Shown here: positions 22,943 to 37,229 of the stretch, piece by piece
Position numbering within the stretch: position 1 is the stretch's first letter
Layout of the letters: every line of letters begins with the position of its first letter
DNA from: Octopus vulgaris
Taxonomy: Eukaryota
Assembly (NCBI GenBank): GCA_951406725.2
Contig: OX597823.1
Span: 21,514,001-21,578,000, forward strand
Length of the DNA: 64,000 bases
Direction: 5' to 3'
Notes under the pieces: generated by a model
Seen by the model: only the letters and a program-made list of their open reading frames with translations
Databases searched by the model: none
What the model was told of the DNA's origin: nothing
Position numbers and translations under genes: made by a program

Positions 22943-23616
22943 ACTGACCGTACTCTACTCATATCTTTAAAATTTATGGTCTTCTGGAATTATTAGAACT
23001 CATGACATTGGATGACAAAATGTGTCTTGCTTCTGACGTTGTATAATAATGAATCGTAGAATTGAGGCATAATAGGTCGTGCCTTTGGTTACTGGGTAAC
23101 ATAAAAGGTCGCGCCTTTGAGAACTGGATGATAGGTAGGGTTGCTCCTTGGCACATTTAGCTATTATACATCTCGTTAAGAGACTTCCAGTTTTCTTTAC
23201 AGATAATTATTTTATCGCCAATGAATTAGAAGGAACGATTTAATCGACTGTCACACCAACTCAAAATGGCGCCTTGTTGGTGTTAGAAGAATTGTTAGAG
23301 TGCCAGTCAAAACATGTTTTGCTGTATTTGTTACGTATCTTTTCGTTTAGAGTTCAAATCTCTACGATTTTAACTTTCTCTTTCATCGTTCAGGGGTCAA
23401 TAAAATAGAGTGTCCACATAGTCAAATCTTCTTCCTTCAAATTTATGGCTGTGTGCATATTGTTAAAAATTATTGTCATTATCGCATTTCACTATCTTTT
23501 CCATTTCCTTACCCTCGTCTTTTATGTAAACCCCCACACAAATAGTTGGCTGCTCTTGTGATTTACCATTATCTGTGCTTCTGTGGCTGATAAAATAAAT
23601 CCTTATCATCGTCATG

Positions 23617-23689
<73 letters not shown>

Positions 23690-23700
23690 CATCATCATCA

Positions 23701-24060
<360 letters not shown>

Positions 24061-24530
24061 GAGTGAGAGAGCAGTGCATGCCATCAAAGTGACACTGGGG
24101 TAAAATATACGAAGCCCAATATACCCATCATGACTACCCGTCTGATAAGGGTACACCAGGCACATGCATCACAACCACATGTGCGCGACATGGTGATCTC
24201 ATATTAAGATAAACAGCACATGACCTTGCAGGTGGGGCCCAGTTAGAATTTTCTTCAGGTTGAGTAGCCCATCCCGCTCAAAAGGTCCCTGAATAAGGGT
24301 TGTTTAAGGATGTTGAATGAAACACCCATGTTTCCAGAGGTGAATTATTCAAACCCCAAAGAATCCCTCTCAACACATGGCTATGATGCTCCCCCACTAC
24401 TTCTGCTCGTGATCAGAGATGCACATATCGTCAGCCACTAAGGGACATGCTCAACTGGTTACGGTCAAACAACTGACAAGCAAATCTGTGGTATTGAGCA
24501 GAATATTTGCTGTAGCCCATCTTTTATACC
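24061..24530 (-). mobile_element. Non-coding element embedded in (AAT)n, shorter copy
   Basis: Highly similar to 62288-62757; (ATT)n-like tracts on both sides. Orientation is inferred from the shared constant end. Confidence 0.8.
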
Positions 24531-26298
24531 AATATTATCATTATTATTATTATCATTATTATTATTATTCATATTCGACTTATCTCAGGTTTGGTCTTAT
24601 TCTTGGTAGAATTTATGTCGATAATGGATTATTACTTGTAACCTTAGATATCCATAAATTTTCAATAATTTTGCAAGGACTCCGATAATCTTTCTTATTC
24701 CTTAGGAGCAAATTTTCAGTAGAAGCTCTACGGGACATTCCATTTCAATCTCTTTCACTGGAGTTGACTTTCCCCTTCCCACGAAATTACTAGCCTTGTG
24801 CCAAAATATGAAACCATTGTTGTTTTGAAATGTTTGAAATGTGATCCACCTTTGATGTAGATTTTATTTAAAATATAACAAAGTGTCAACCACCGCGTCG
24901 TTGGTCACATGTTTCCAGTGCGTCAGTCTATTCACAAGTTTCACAGGGTTTCTGGTAGAGGAAATGACAAGAGGATGTTTTTAACTTGTAAATAAATATC
25001 TCAAAAAACTTCGATTGTATAGCACAGGTTTTCTGGGGGGTTTTCGATATTCTCGACGCTGATATATAATCGCCAACGATATACACACACGAAGGATGTC
25101 TTTCCAGTTTCTGTGTCATATTCTATTCACAAATTATTGGTCAATCCGATACTATAGTGGAAGACAATTGCCTAAAGAGTTTGTTTAAAGAAATCGAAAT
25201 CAGAATCACGTGATTACAAATCGAACTTCTTAACCACACAGACATGTCTACACTTTCCAGGCCGTCATAGTAATATATGCAATTAAATTTAATATTTTGA
25301 GAACTCTTTGCTGCTAAATCAATAATATATTCCTATAAAAGAACTTAACCTTATTTGACCTCCCAATAATACAGCATCCTTCAACCTTGGAAGAAAAAAT
25401 CAATTACATTTGGCAGTCATGCACCACACACTCACAGAACTTATTCTAAAATATAGCTAGCAACGATTTGGCGTCTGACCAATTACATAGCAAATTGTAG
25501 TCTCAACAGGATCATTGCTTTCTGTTCCTGCCCTAAATATATCCTATAATAAAAGAGCATCTTACGTGGATCGGAGTAAACTATGGCTCCGAAATATATC
25601 AAATATTATTGACAAGAGTGTACAGAAATAGCAGAGGGAGGTTAATATGTTTTAATGCCAAATCTTACTGAGTTAAGCCTGTCTTAAAAGTAGTGTAAGC
25701 AGAAGTGAATATTTCTATTCTGATTATTCTGATTTTCTATATACTAACGAAGCGGGTGGTCAAACAATTTACCTGCCTTTGTTTCTAATAACTGTATTAA
25801 AGAAAATGGAAGGATGACTTCAGTAAGACAAAAAGAAATAAGTTTAATCGCTTTATAGACATCAAAAGTCTGCTCGGCTAATGTCTTGTTCATTGTGGTT
25901 GGTTTGAAGCAGATGACAGAGAAGATTATCCCTTGGATAGAGCGTCAGTGCATAGAATACTAAAATCCGGACCAAACTTCTTAATCTTTTTAAAACATCT
26001 AAATGAACGTGATCGTTTAACCTGACAGAAATAGCAGCTAAAATACTGTACAAGTGACACGCTTCCCACTTAAAACAGAAATATCATCTTGGATAAAATA
26101 ATATGTTTGGAAATAAAAAAAACACAGGCCACGGCTGGAACAGTTTTGATCATTGTCTACGCAATAATGGTTGACCTAGGGTGAAGCAGTAATTAGACAA
26201 GACTCTGAGAGTATCTTGCTTCGTTATCTCTACGATTTGCATTTAAGTCCCCCCACCAACCCCATTTTGTCTTCTATCGTTTTAGAGTTTATTAAATA

Positions 26299-26692
26299 CT
26301 AGCAGTATCGCCCGGCGTTGCTCGGGTTTGTAAGGGAAATAACTATATAAGCATTTTTAGAGATGTAAAGTATAATAGCCATCTCAATATGGCTAACCAC
26401 AAAGGGGGGGGTTACTGTAGCTTTTTACGTTCTGAGATTTAATAATAAATTTTTAGAGAGTTACTTCCCTTATATATGCCAAAAATGCATTAAAAATGGG
26501 AAAAATTGATGGTAATTTTTTTTTAAATCGTAGACTCATCGTAGACGCGCGCTAATACCCAGAGGGGCTCGATAGGAATCACGACTATAAGATACCCGGT
26601 TTTGGTTAAACTGCACCGCAAAATATGGGAGTAGTTAGGAATCTAAATCGTAGGAGACAGACAGCACACAACCTCATTTTTATATATAAAGA
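26299..26692 (-). mobile_element. Non-autonomous Helitron
   Basis: Minus strand A|TC...cccgagcaacgccggg hairpin..CTAG|T, no TSD. Confidence 0.9.
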
Positions 26693-27013
26693 TGAACCTA
26701 GCTTTTGCTGAGTAGTAACGACTTCATTTTATCCTGCATAAGAATTAACCTACAACGTTATTGCATTCTATCTATGAGTACAGATATCTAATGTCTGCTT
26801 AAGGCAAGACTAATACCTCAGATTTCAGGTAGCAAAATCTCAGAAAAATAACGAAGGATATACCTCTGGGCGTTATTAGACTGTGCAAAACTGCAAATAT
26901 TTCGCTAAAATGTGGATATTATCCTTGTGTAGTTGGGCATTGTTGTAATATCAAGCATTTCCAGCGTTTTCTGCGTTTTTCTCAAAATGACATTTCTGAC
27001 TATGAGTAGCAAT

Positions 27014-27240
27014 CTTTTGCCGAACCGCTAAGTTACGGGGACGTAAACACAGTTAGGGGGACAAACATATACACACACATACATATATACGACGAGCTTC
27101 TTTCAGTTTCGTCTACCAAATCCACTCACAAGGCTTTGGTCGGCCCGAGGCTATAGGAGCAGATACTTGCCCAAGGTGCTACGCAGTGGGACGAACCCGA
27201 GACCATGTGGTTAGTAAGCTACTTACCACACAGCCACTGC
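27014..27240 (-). mobile_element. SINE family 2, internally deleted
   Basis: Homology to 17542-17958. Confidence 0.85.
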
Positions 27241-27425
27241 TACGCGTTGGAATATTTTAATCAACTAGCTAATGCCAATCCAAGAAATTTCTGTTTCTGC
27301 AGAGTGTTTATGATTTAAGATACAAACAAGTCTGAACGAGGTTGCTTATTGACTTATTATCCACAAGTTTTGTTGTATAGTTCGTATTTATCAGTAATAG
27401 AATATATTGATGTGATATGAGTGTA

Positions 27426-27481
<56 letters not shown>

Positions 27482-28457
27482 GTGTATCTGAATACACAGA
27501 CCACCATGAGTTTCCTCAGGTCCAACTGTTTACCGTGTGTGTGGGTGTGTGTGTGTGTGTGTATGTGTGTGTGTGTGTGTGTCTGTGTGTGTGTGTTTGT
27601 GTGTGTGTGTGTTTGTGTATCTTTGTAAATAATTTTTACAAAAACAATCGGATAAAGACATATTCGGCATAATGCCACCGACAAGTATGTTTGCTCTCTC
27701 TCTCTCTCTTACTTTCTCTCTCTCTCTCTATCTATCTCTTTTACTTTCTCTCTCTATCTCTCTCTCTATCTATCTATCTATCTACCTATCTATTTATATC
27801 ACTCTGTCTATTTTCATCTTTTTAGCTATTTCTCTCACTTTTCATCATCCATTCCTCCCTGTATCTTTTTGAGTACAAACACACATGCCCATATTTCCGA
27901 TAAATGTGTAATTTTATCATCCCTCTCTCTCTCTCCCTCTCTCTCCTCACACACATATACTCATATATGTGCATATTGATATATTAATAAAATATACATA
28001 TGCCAACAAACATGTATATATATATATAATGTGTGTACACATATATATACATATATATATTATATTACATTATATATATATATATATATATATGCATAAT
28101 ATAATATAATGAGTGTGTGTATATATGTGTGTGTGTGTGTAGGTATGTATGTATATTTTTGCAAACAGAGAACAATTTTCTTTCGAACATGCTTATATTG
28201 AAGACGCAAGTGTATACGACTTTAATCTTTTTCGTTAATGATTTTTCATATATTCGATGTTAGTCCTTTGTGTTTTTGAAACAATAATCTTCCTAAGTCC
28301 ATTAACCTAACTAAACCTTGTTGTTCTCATCTTCTGAATGAAGTCGTCATAGCGACGTGTTGTTATAGCATATTTCGTAGCGATCGGCAACGGATCAGTT
28401 CGTAATAAAATCGACGTGAGAGGATATAAAATTGTTAAACGTTCACTCTAGGTTATT

Positions 28458-28514
<57 letters not shown>

Positions 28515-28684
28515 ATGTATGTACACTCACACACACACATACTAGTATATCGGTAACGTCAAAAATGACGGCGCTTTAAAAGAAATAAGCTGAAACTAAT
28601 AGATAACGAATGCCTAGACATGTTACAACACATTACATACAGTTCATTTTTTTTAAAATGTGTAGTATATTTTGTCAATAATCA

Positions 28685-28741
28685 ATATAGCATGCATTCC
28701 GTCCATATAGCATGCATTCCGTCCATATAGCATGCATTCCG
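28685..28741. repeat. 20-bp tandem repeat, ~3 units
   Basis: atatagcatgcattccgtcc repeated. Confidence 0.9.
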
Positions 28742-28869
28742 ATACATATCATTATATAATATCCTGAACATATAACTGTTACAGAGTCACAGGCATAAAT
28801 CACAACATCGAAGTTATATTCAATGTACTTTTTCTACATAAATTTGCTATGATTAATACCTGTGAAATA

Positions 28870-29087
28870 TTGGGTTTGTGCATAATCATTGCGGCTTTTC
28901 TTTTCGAATAAACTTTATTCAACAAAAACAATAACAAAATGTAGCAAAAGCATCTTTAAATGATTATTCCGGAGCATATTCACCATCGACTTCAATTACT
29001 GCTTCCCATTTGCTTGGCAGACAGTGAGACCTTTTTGTTGAATAAAATTTGTTGAAAATAAGCCGCAATGATTATGCACCGGCCTAA
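28870..29087 (-). mobile_element. Internally deleted mariner (MITE-like)
   Basis: ~55-bp TIRs (ttgggtttgtgcataatcattgcggc) flanked by TA; internal minus-strand LPSKWEAVIEVDGEY resembles a mariner transposase C-terminus. Confidence 0.88.
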
Positions 29088-29544
29088 TATATTGCAATAT
29101 TCAAAATATACTTATATATAATATAAATTTCAAACGTTTCTGATCATAATTTATATATCCTTTCATTTAATATTTTTATGAATATAGTTTGAAAGGCATA
29201 CTACAAGTCTTGATACTACCATGCATAATTAAGCAAATCTTTTATTAATTTCTTTTTTCTGAAAATCTGAGACGAGACAGATTTCTTTCTTTCGATGTGC
29301 AGCTCATAGAATTCTTACGCCTAGCAGAGACATAATGATTACATACATTCAAACATATATACATATATGCATGATCACACACACGCACACAATTATACAT
29401 GCATACAAGTATGTATACTTACATATATACATACTTGCAGACTTGCAGACATACAAACACGCATACATACTTATATACACGTACATACATGCATACATAC
29501 ATGCAGCCATCCATCCATCCATCCATCCATCCCTACATACATAC

Positions 29545-29625
29545 ATACATAAAATAAAACATACAAATATGCACATATACCTACATGCATACATACATAC
29601 ATACATACATACATACATACATACA

Positions 29626-29659
<34 letters not shown>

Positions 29660-29785
29660 CATACATACAAAAATGCCCTGTTGCTGTTGTTGAAATTCCA
29701 ATTAAGTAGCCTTGGATCTAGGTTAGAAACCGGCTCTTTCTCTAGTAGCAAGAAATCTTGAAATAAAGCTGAATAATGACATACA
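29545..29785 (+). mobile_element. 3' UTR end of the R4/Dong-type (CATA)n-associated LINE
   Basis: aaaacatacaaat..(CATA)n..ctgttgttgaaattccaa..gaaaccggctctttctct..aaataaa..gaataatga(CATA)n, homologous to 20310-21012. Confidence 0.7.
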
Positions 29786-29940
29786 TTCATACATACATAC
29801 ATACATACACACATACATACATTCATACATACATACATACATACATGCATACATACATACATGCATACACACACACACATACATACATACATACATACAT
29901 ACATACATACATACATACATACATACATACATACATACAT

Positions 29941-30033
29941 ACTGGTGTACCCTTATGAGACGGGTAGCCATGATGGGTATACTGGAGTATATTTTACCCC
30001 AGCGTCACTTTGATGGCATGCACTGCTCTCTCG
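29941..30033 (+). mobile_element. Terminal fragment of the (AAT)n-associated element
   Basis: Reverse complement of ~24061-24160. Confidence 0.8.
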
Positions 30034-30057
30034 CTAGATAATCATATACATACGTAC

Positions 30058-30580
30058 AACTACGTCATGCTTCTGAGGCATGATATAGTTACAAAGACTA
30101 TTTACAGTGCTACCCGCAGGAAGGATGGCCTCTGACGTATACATCAAAGGCATGTCAGAACCAGCAGGTGTTCACACCTTTAGAATCAAGGAATACTGGT
30201 GGAACAGCCCAATAAAAAACATCAATTTGGTACAAACATAACAGACTTATTATTGTTTTGTGGGGCTGAGAATCAAACGTCATGCACTATTGTAGAGGTC
30301 AGCTGCCCAGCGGATCTGAATGTACAATCGAAAGTCCAGGAAAAAGAGAACATTTATGGTGAATTAAAGTGGAGCTTACAGCTCTTGTACTCTGATTTGG
30401 AACTCACATTTGTATCCATCGTGCATTAGATTATGTACCAACAAATTTGCACATGAACCTAAGAATAATCGGTTTCACGCAGAAAAAGCAAAAAAAAAAT
30501 TGACGCTGATTCTCCAAATTCAATCTGTTAGTAGCACAGTGGAAATTTGTAAGACATTCCCAAAATTATCCTTATTTGAA
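30058..30580 (+). pseudogene. Degenerate R4/Dong-type LINE C-terminus (RHD motif and RLE domain)
   Basis: LRHDIVTKTIY..KEYWWN..CTIVEVSCPADLNVQSKVQEKENIYGEL..LQLLY..TVEICKTF with frameshifts; homologous to 19985-20260. Confidence 0.75.
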
Positions 30581-30706
30581 TATATACACACACTTGGGTG
30601 TATGCATCGACAGTTCAACCAACACACCAATTCACCAACATGTTTACAAACACTAGGGAGTCTCTGAATTCTGAAAGTCTTGCCGCTTTGTTAGCATATG
30701 CATATA

Positions 30707-30869
30707 AGTGCAGGTGTGGCTGTGTAGTAAGAAGCTTGCTTCTCAACCATATGGTTCCAGGTCCAGCCCCACTGCGTGGCACCTTGTACAAGTGTCGCCT
30801 GCTAAAGCTTCGGGCTGATGACGAAAGCCTTGAGTGGATTTGGTATAATGGAACTGAAAGAAGCCCGTC

Positions 30870-30909
<40 letters not shown>

Positions 30910-31137
30910 GTGTTTATGTATGTGTGTGTATATATTAATGTGAATGTGTCTTCGTGTTTGTGTTTGTCTCCCCACCATCGCTTCACAACCGATGTTGGTA
31001 TGTTTACGTCCCAAAAAGTTAGCGATTCGGCAAAAGAGACCGATAGCATAAGTCCTGGTTCGATTTCTTCGACTAAAGGTGGTGCTCCAGCATGGTCGCA
31101 TTCAAATGACTGAAACGTGTGAAAGAGTAAAAGAGTA
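30707..31137 (+). mobile_element. SINE family 2, full length
   Basis: Homology to other copies; possible TSD tatgcatata at 30697-30706 and 31136-31145. Confidence 0.88.
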
Positions 31138-31244
31138 TGCATATATGATACGTATAGGATTCTGCTTAATGCCATATTGAAATTCGCAAACGCAGGAAGG
31201 CTGTGAAGACAGCTTAGAACATTTTTTCCCGTTTTCTAAACGGT

Positions 31245-31465
31245 ATTCTTTCGTTCTTTTTATCCATTTACATGTTTCAGTCATTTGACTGCGGCCATGC
31301 TGGAGCACCGCCTTTAGTCGAGCAAATCGACCCCAGGACTTATTCTTTGTAAGCCGAATAATTATTCTATCGGTTCTTTTGCTGAGCCGCTACGTTACGG
31401 GGACGTAAATACACCAGCATCAGTTGTCAAGCGATGTTGGGAGGGCAAACCTGTACACACGCATT

Positions 31466-31504
<39 letters not shown>

Positions 31505-31752
31505 GTATAAGGGTGAAAAGGAACATATATATATATATATATACATGTATATATATATATATATATACATACATGTATATATATATATATATTCGACGGG
31601 CTTCTTTCAGTTTCCGTCTACCAAATCCACTCACAAGGCTTTGGTCGGTCCGAGGCTATAGTAGAAGACACTTGCCCAAGGTGCCACGCAGTGGAACTGA
31701 ACCTTGAACCATGTGGTTGGTAAGCAAGCTACTTACCACACAGCCACTCCTG
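31245..31752 (-). mobile_element. SINE family 2, full length with expanded internal microsatellite
   Basis: Homology to other copies; tail-to-tail with 30707-31137. Confidence 0.9.
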
Positions 31753-32329
31753 AAAATAGTCATCTATGTATCATACTAAATATAAATTTGTTACATGCAT
31801 TTAACTGATATTTATTCAACCACGCGGCTTTTCACAACAGCAGTTTTTTCAATATTTTCCTCTATATCGAAAAAAACAAACCTCGTCTATGCAGCCGGTG
31901 GTTGCTAGTAGTCACCATTGACAAGACCTAAAGAGGCTGAAATGCTTAAGGGAATAGGAGAGAAAGAAAGTTGGAAGTGAAGGCGGTTGAGAGGAAGAAG
32001 AAGACTAATATTTATAGTGCAGTAGGAAAAAGAACGAAAATAATAGGAAATTTTGAGGTGCAGTCTGTTGTGTTCCAGTTAGCTTTCCTATGTAGTTATA
32101 AATTGAAATCTGTTTCGTGTAAAGTAGAATTAGTTTTATATATATGGAATCATTCAAGCAGGCATGTAAGCACAGTCAAAGAGGTGAAACATGTATTCGA
32201 AAACAAGTCTCATACAAGTCATATTCTATGGTTTGTACTGAAAGGTCACGTCTAGGCTTATTCTAAACACAGCAAGATATTTATTGGTAAATATTGGTCG
32301 TTTTAGTTGAGGAAAGGTTACATTTCGTG

Positions 32330-32384
<55 letters not shown>

Positions 32385-32524
32385 ATGTATGTATGTATGT
32401 ATGTATGTATGTATGTATGTATGTATGTATGTATGTATGTATGTATGTATATGTGTGTATGTATGCATATATGTATACAGGTGTCTATATATGTATATGT
32501 AAATATATACATATATACGTATGC

Positions 32525-32560
<36 letters not shown>

Positions 32561-32621
32561 GCATACATATATGTGTGTATATGTATGTGTGTGTATGTAT
32601 ATATATATATATATATATATA

Positions 32622-32662
<41 letters not shown>

Positions 32663-34196
32663 TATATAATGTGTGTACGTATATATATATATATATATAC
32701 ACACATTTGCAAATATATTTCCATGTACATAAACATACAGGTATCTTCACATATAAGCACATACATATATACAGATGTATACAAGCACATATATGTAAAT
32801 AAAAAAACACACGTTTATATATACGATTACTCATAAACATATGCAGAGACACGAATATGCAAGCATCATACACGTATACACACACACACACGCATACTCT
32901 GAGAATCCGAAATTCAAAACGGCGTCAAAAGCCTATCAATAACAGTACCAAAAATTATATCTTAACTAACTACAAGAATAAAACAATGAACAACAGAAAT
33001 AGCAGCAGCAATTATTATATAGTATTCACATTAAAACCTATTCATCCAACTGAGTAAATACGGCCCTGTAGCTCTTATGGATATTTGCACTTGTTGCTTT
33101 TCCTGTATGCATTGTACTTGATTGACTGCCATCGTCGTTGTGACACTCATCACAATAATGCGTTTTAGTGGTGAATTTTTATTTCTAATTAGGTAAAACA
33201 AGGCAGTTTCAGGCTATGAATATTAAGATGAAAGTTATAAATCAGTGAATGGAAATGGATATGTCAGCTTTCTTTTTTCATAGAAAAGAGACGATGAAAT
33301 TAAATATGGAGTTCGATTACAGTTACATGATAAATCTTTAATATTTCAAAGACAAACGTTAATTAAATTCTTGCAAAATCATGCAGTTTTTCATTTCTAG
33401 CACTGAACAAACCTTCATGATATTCAAAATGAATAATATTATCATACGGAACTTCCTCGTCGTCGCAGTCCATAATTATTGTTACTTTCTGTTACTTTCA
33501 GCATCATTGTTATCTTTCAGATAGTCATCTTCTGTACAACCAATCGAAATTCCACATCTGTTGAATGATTTGTTAATAATATGAACTTTATTCCTTGTTT
33601 ATTCCTATTTTATTCCTTGTATTACTGATTCCTTCGTACTTCTGAGGTAGTAATGAAGTACGCATGCGTGCATTTTCCCATCAAACCACAACATATTGTA
33701 CTTTATCCTTGTCGTAGCCTTAAATGGCAATAGATATCAACATCTAATAGTTGCAGAATACTTGAATGTCAACTTGTGTGCGTTTTGTTATCCTACAGTA
33801 GCAACAACATCCATTAAAAGACGAGACCTAAACTGATCCTATACTGGAACACTATTTTCCTTTCATAATCTACAACGCTCTAAATATCAAATTCCCTTCA
33901 TCTATTTTGTACATCAGCTTTGTTGAAGCTCATTTACAACTCTTTTGTTTGAAATTTTGCCTTTGACATAGATTATTTTTTCTTTTAAAAGTATCCTAGT
34001 TTTAACTAGTACCATTTGCCATATAAGAAAGAAGTCGAGCAAATTTGGTTACGCACACAGCAATTCCCTTTTGCCTGTATCAAAACACGGATACACTTCT
34101 AAACCAATGAACACACAACACGGCTCCTTCCTTCTTTCTTAACTCCCCACCCCGCACACACACATAGGAGTGCATTTCCACCTGACCCCCTAAGCC

Positions 34197-34370
34197 TTGC
34201 ACAGTTCTCTCTCTTCTCAATATCTTTTCTACTTGCACCCTGCTCTTTTACTTTTCCACAGTTCTCTCTCTTCTCAATATCTTTTCTACTTGCACCCTGC
34301 TCTTTTACTTTTCCACAGTTCTCTCTCTTCTCAATATCTTTTCTGCTTGCACCCTGCTCTTTTACTTTTG
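34197..34370 (+). repeat. 57-bp pyrimidine-rich tandem repeat, 3 units, followed by a degenerate HHR-like motif
   Basis: cacagttctctctcttctcaatatcttttctacttgcaccctgctcttttacttttc x3; cttatgaaga..cgaaacatta at ~34384-34415. Confidence 0.85.
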
Positions 34371-34552
34371 ATCTATAGTTTTCTTATGAAGAAAGATTGG
34401 CGTCCGAAACATTATGACTCTTACACTTCCTTTCAAAACATTAAATTATTGGAATATTGGTTACAACTTGTTCTTCACGAGTTGTTTATTTTTCCTTTAT
34501 TTTTCCTCTTTTTGTGTATGTATGTATGTATGTATGTATGTATGTATGTATG

Positions 34553-34594
<42 letters not shown>

Positions 34595-34596
34595 AT

Positions 34597-34781
34597 TTAC
34601 GTACAAGGCCAGATTTGAGAGGATTAGTCGGTACCTGATTGGTTCTTTATTTTTATCGAATCGGATGGATGAAAGGCAAAACTGACTTCGGTGGAATTTG
34701 AATTCAGTAAGCGAAGTGGTTAAATGAATACCGCAACGCAGTTTTCCAACGGTATGTCGATTCTGTCAGATCGCCGCCTTA
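34597..34781 (-). mobile_element. SINE family 3, degraded
   Basis: gatgaaaggcaaa..ggaatttgaattcag..tcgccgcctt on +. Confidence 0.7.
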
Positions 34782-35055
34782 AAATAATCCTGATTCTTGA
34801 TAATATACGGGCTTAAAGCTTCGAAGATCTAAAATGTTAACAAAATCCCTCATATAATCGAATCACATGTCTGCGGTAGACAGGATGCACTTGATACTAT
34901 TACATCAAAAACAAGAAAGTCCATTTGGACAGTGGCATCGTGGTTTACCGGTCCAAAACAGACGCAGCGTTCGATTCTTGTGAGTGACTTTGTCTAGATT
35001 TTCTGATTAAAGAGTTTACACCTTACCTTATGAACCATTATTTGTATCAATATTA

Positions 35056-35258
35056 GGGTGGTGATCTGGCAGAACCGGTAGCCCCTGGGCAAAGCGTTTA
35101 ACGGCATTTCGTCCGTCTTTACGTACCGTCGAAATCGACTTCGCATTTCATCCTTTTGAGGTCAATAAAATAAATACCAGTTCAATACAGGGGTCGATAT
35201 AATCGACTTAGCCCCACTTTCCCTAAATTGCTGGTTTTGTTCTAAAATTTCAAACCAT
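35056..35258 (+). mobile_element. SINE family 3, degraded; similar copies at ~23280-23465, ~36555-36730, ~38400-38572
   Basis: Head, core and tail homology. Confidence 0.75.
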
Positions 35259-35437
35259 TCTTTATGGCTATATTTCTCTTTATGTACTATGTAATAATAC
35301 TTGTTTTTAAATTTTTCAAAATTTCCAAATGCGATAATACATGTGTATATGGGTGTGCGTGTGTGTGTTTATGTGTCTGTGTTTATGTGTGTATGTGTGT
35401 GTGGTGTGTACATGTGTGTGTGGATGTTTATATTGCG

Positions 35438-35494
<57 letters not shown>

Positions 35495-35511
35495 GTAGGT
35501 AGGTAGGTAGG

Positions 35512-35650
<139 letters not shown>

Positions 35651-37229
35651 ACAGACAGACAGACAGATCGATAGACAGACAGACAGACAGACAGACAGAT
35701 AGATTTACAGCTATATGTACGTCTGTGTCTGATTGTGTATCATGTAAGCAGGTGCATTTTAAGAGTTGGCAGATTTCAATAAAAGCACTGATGTAACTTA
35801 CATGAAAGTAAAAAAAAAAATAGTAAGTAATATCAGCTGAGAAATTGGTAATAAACCGAACCGAACCGAACTAACAAGAAGGTCGGCCATGAAATAATGC
35901 TTTAAAATTACATACAAACAGTAATGGCTACCACTGTGAGTTTCGTGACGAATGTTTTGTAAGACTGCTTTTACGACACATTAATGGGAGGCTCCAGGTA
36001 GCTGGACGTAACTATAATGCTTGGCCAGCAGCCATTTTTTTTTCTTTGAAAATATAATCTTACTGATGTTACTTGGTCCTTACTAACTATCAATTCAACT
36101 CAGAACTAGATATGTGGTTCTAGAAAGGCATTTTAATACATTTCTCTACATCTACCTACTTACTGTTGAATACGATCCAACTACATGTCATATTTTTCAC
36201 TTAGTGTTCTTTGTCTTAAGTTTTGTAATTCTTTTTGTCAATGTTGTCGGTGCTGCTGTTGTGCTTTGCCTTCTGCTTTTTGTTATTGCTTTATTTTTGT
36301 TCTTCATGCAGATGGCGGAGGTGATCTATATCTTTTCTTCTTTTTTATTATGATTGTTATTACTCTTATCTTTCTTGTGTGTTTTCACTGCACAACTGAG
36401 TTGGTTGCATACTTGTATAATTTTTGTGTTATTTTATTATATTGAAAGTATTCTGCCTAATGTGTGCTTAATGTCTGGCAGCGCTGCTGTCTTTATGTTG
36501 TGGATATCTATTTCCTAGGGTTTATAATTGTTTACATATATTTCGCATTTCGATGGCAGTGAGCTGGCCGAATCGTTAGCACGTCGGACAGTGTTCAGTG
36601 GCATTTCTTCCAAACTCTGAGTTCAAGTACCTCCGATGTCGACATTGTTTTTTATCGTTCTGAGGTCGATTCAGTCGACTTTCCACCACCTCACTTAAAA
36701 TGGCGACCTCATGCTCAAGTTTGAATTTGTTACTGGTGTTATTTTTACATCGGCAATTCTCTTTGAAAATTCTCCTAAGTTTTGTTCGTTTTAGTTGTAC
36801 TTTAAAAGTCTGTGTTAAGATATTTCTGCTCTGTGTTGTTGCTAAATGGAGCAGGATGCTGAGAAACCTGTTAGTTCGGTTTTGTTTTTCGCCTTCTAGG
36901 AAGAATTATTTCCTCTTTCAGGAACCTAGCGATTTGAAAACAAATCAAAAGATGGTGTCAAAATTTTCGACAGAAACACCAGAGGGAGATGGTGTTGGAA
37001 CAACAACAATGCAACAAAAATTAAGGGTTGGACATTGAAACCGGTACCGCTACTATCGACACTACCATCGTCGCCAAAGCAATAAATAACATTGACAGCA
37101 ACAACAACCACTATCAGGACAATAGACAAAGTAAAGAACAGCAGCAACAACATTGATAATGAGAACTATGAATTCCTATATCACCACCGTCATATATTAC
37201 CGCATGACTGTTATGCTGTAGTTATATCT

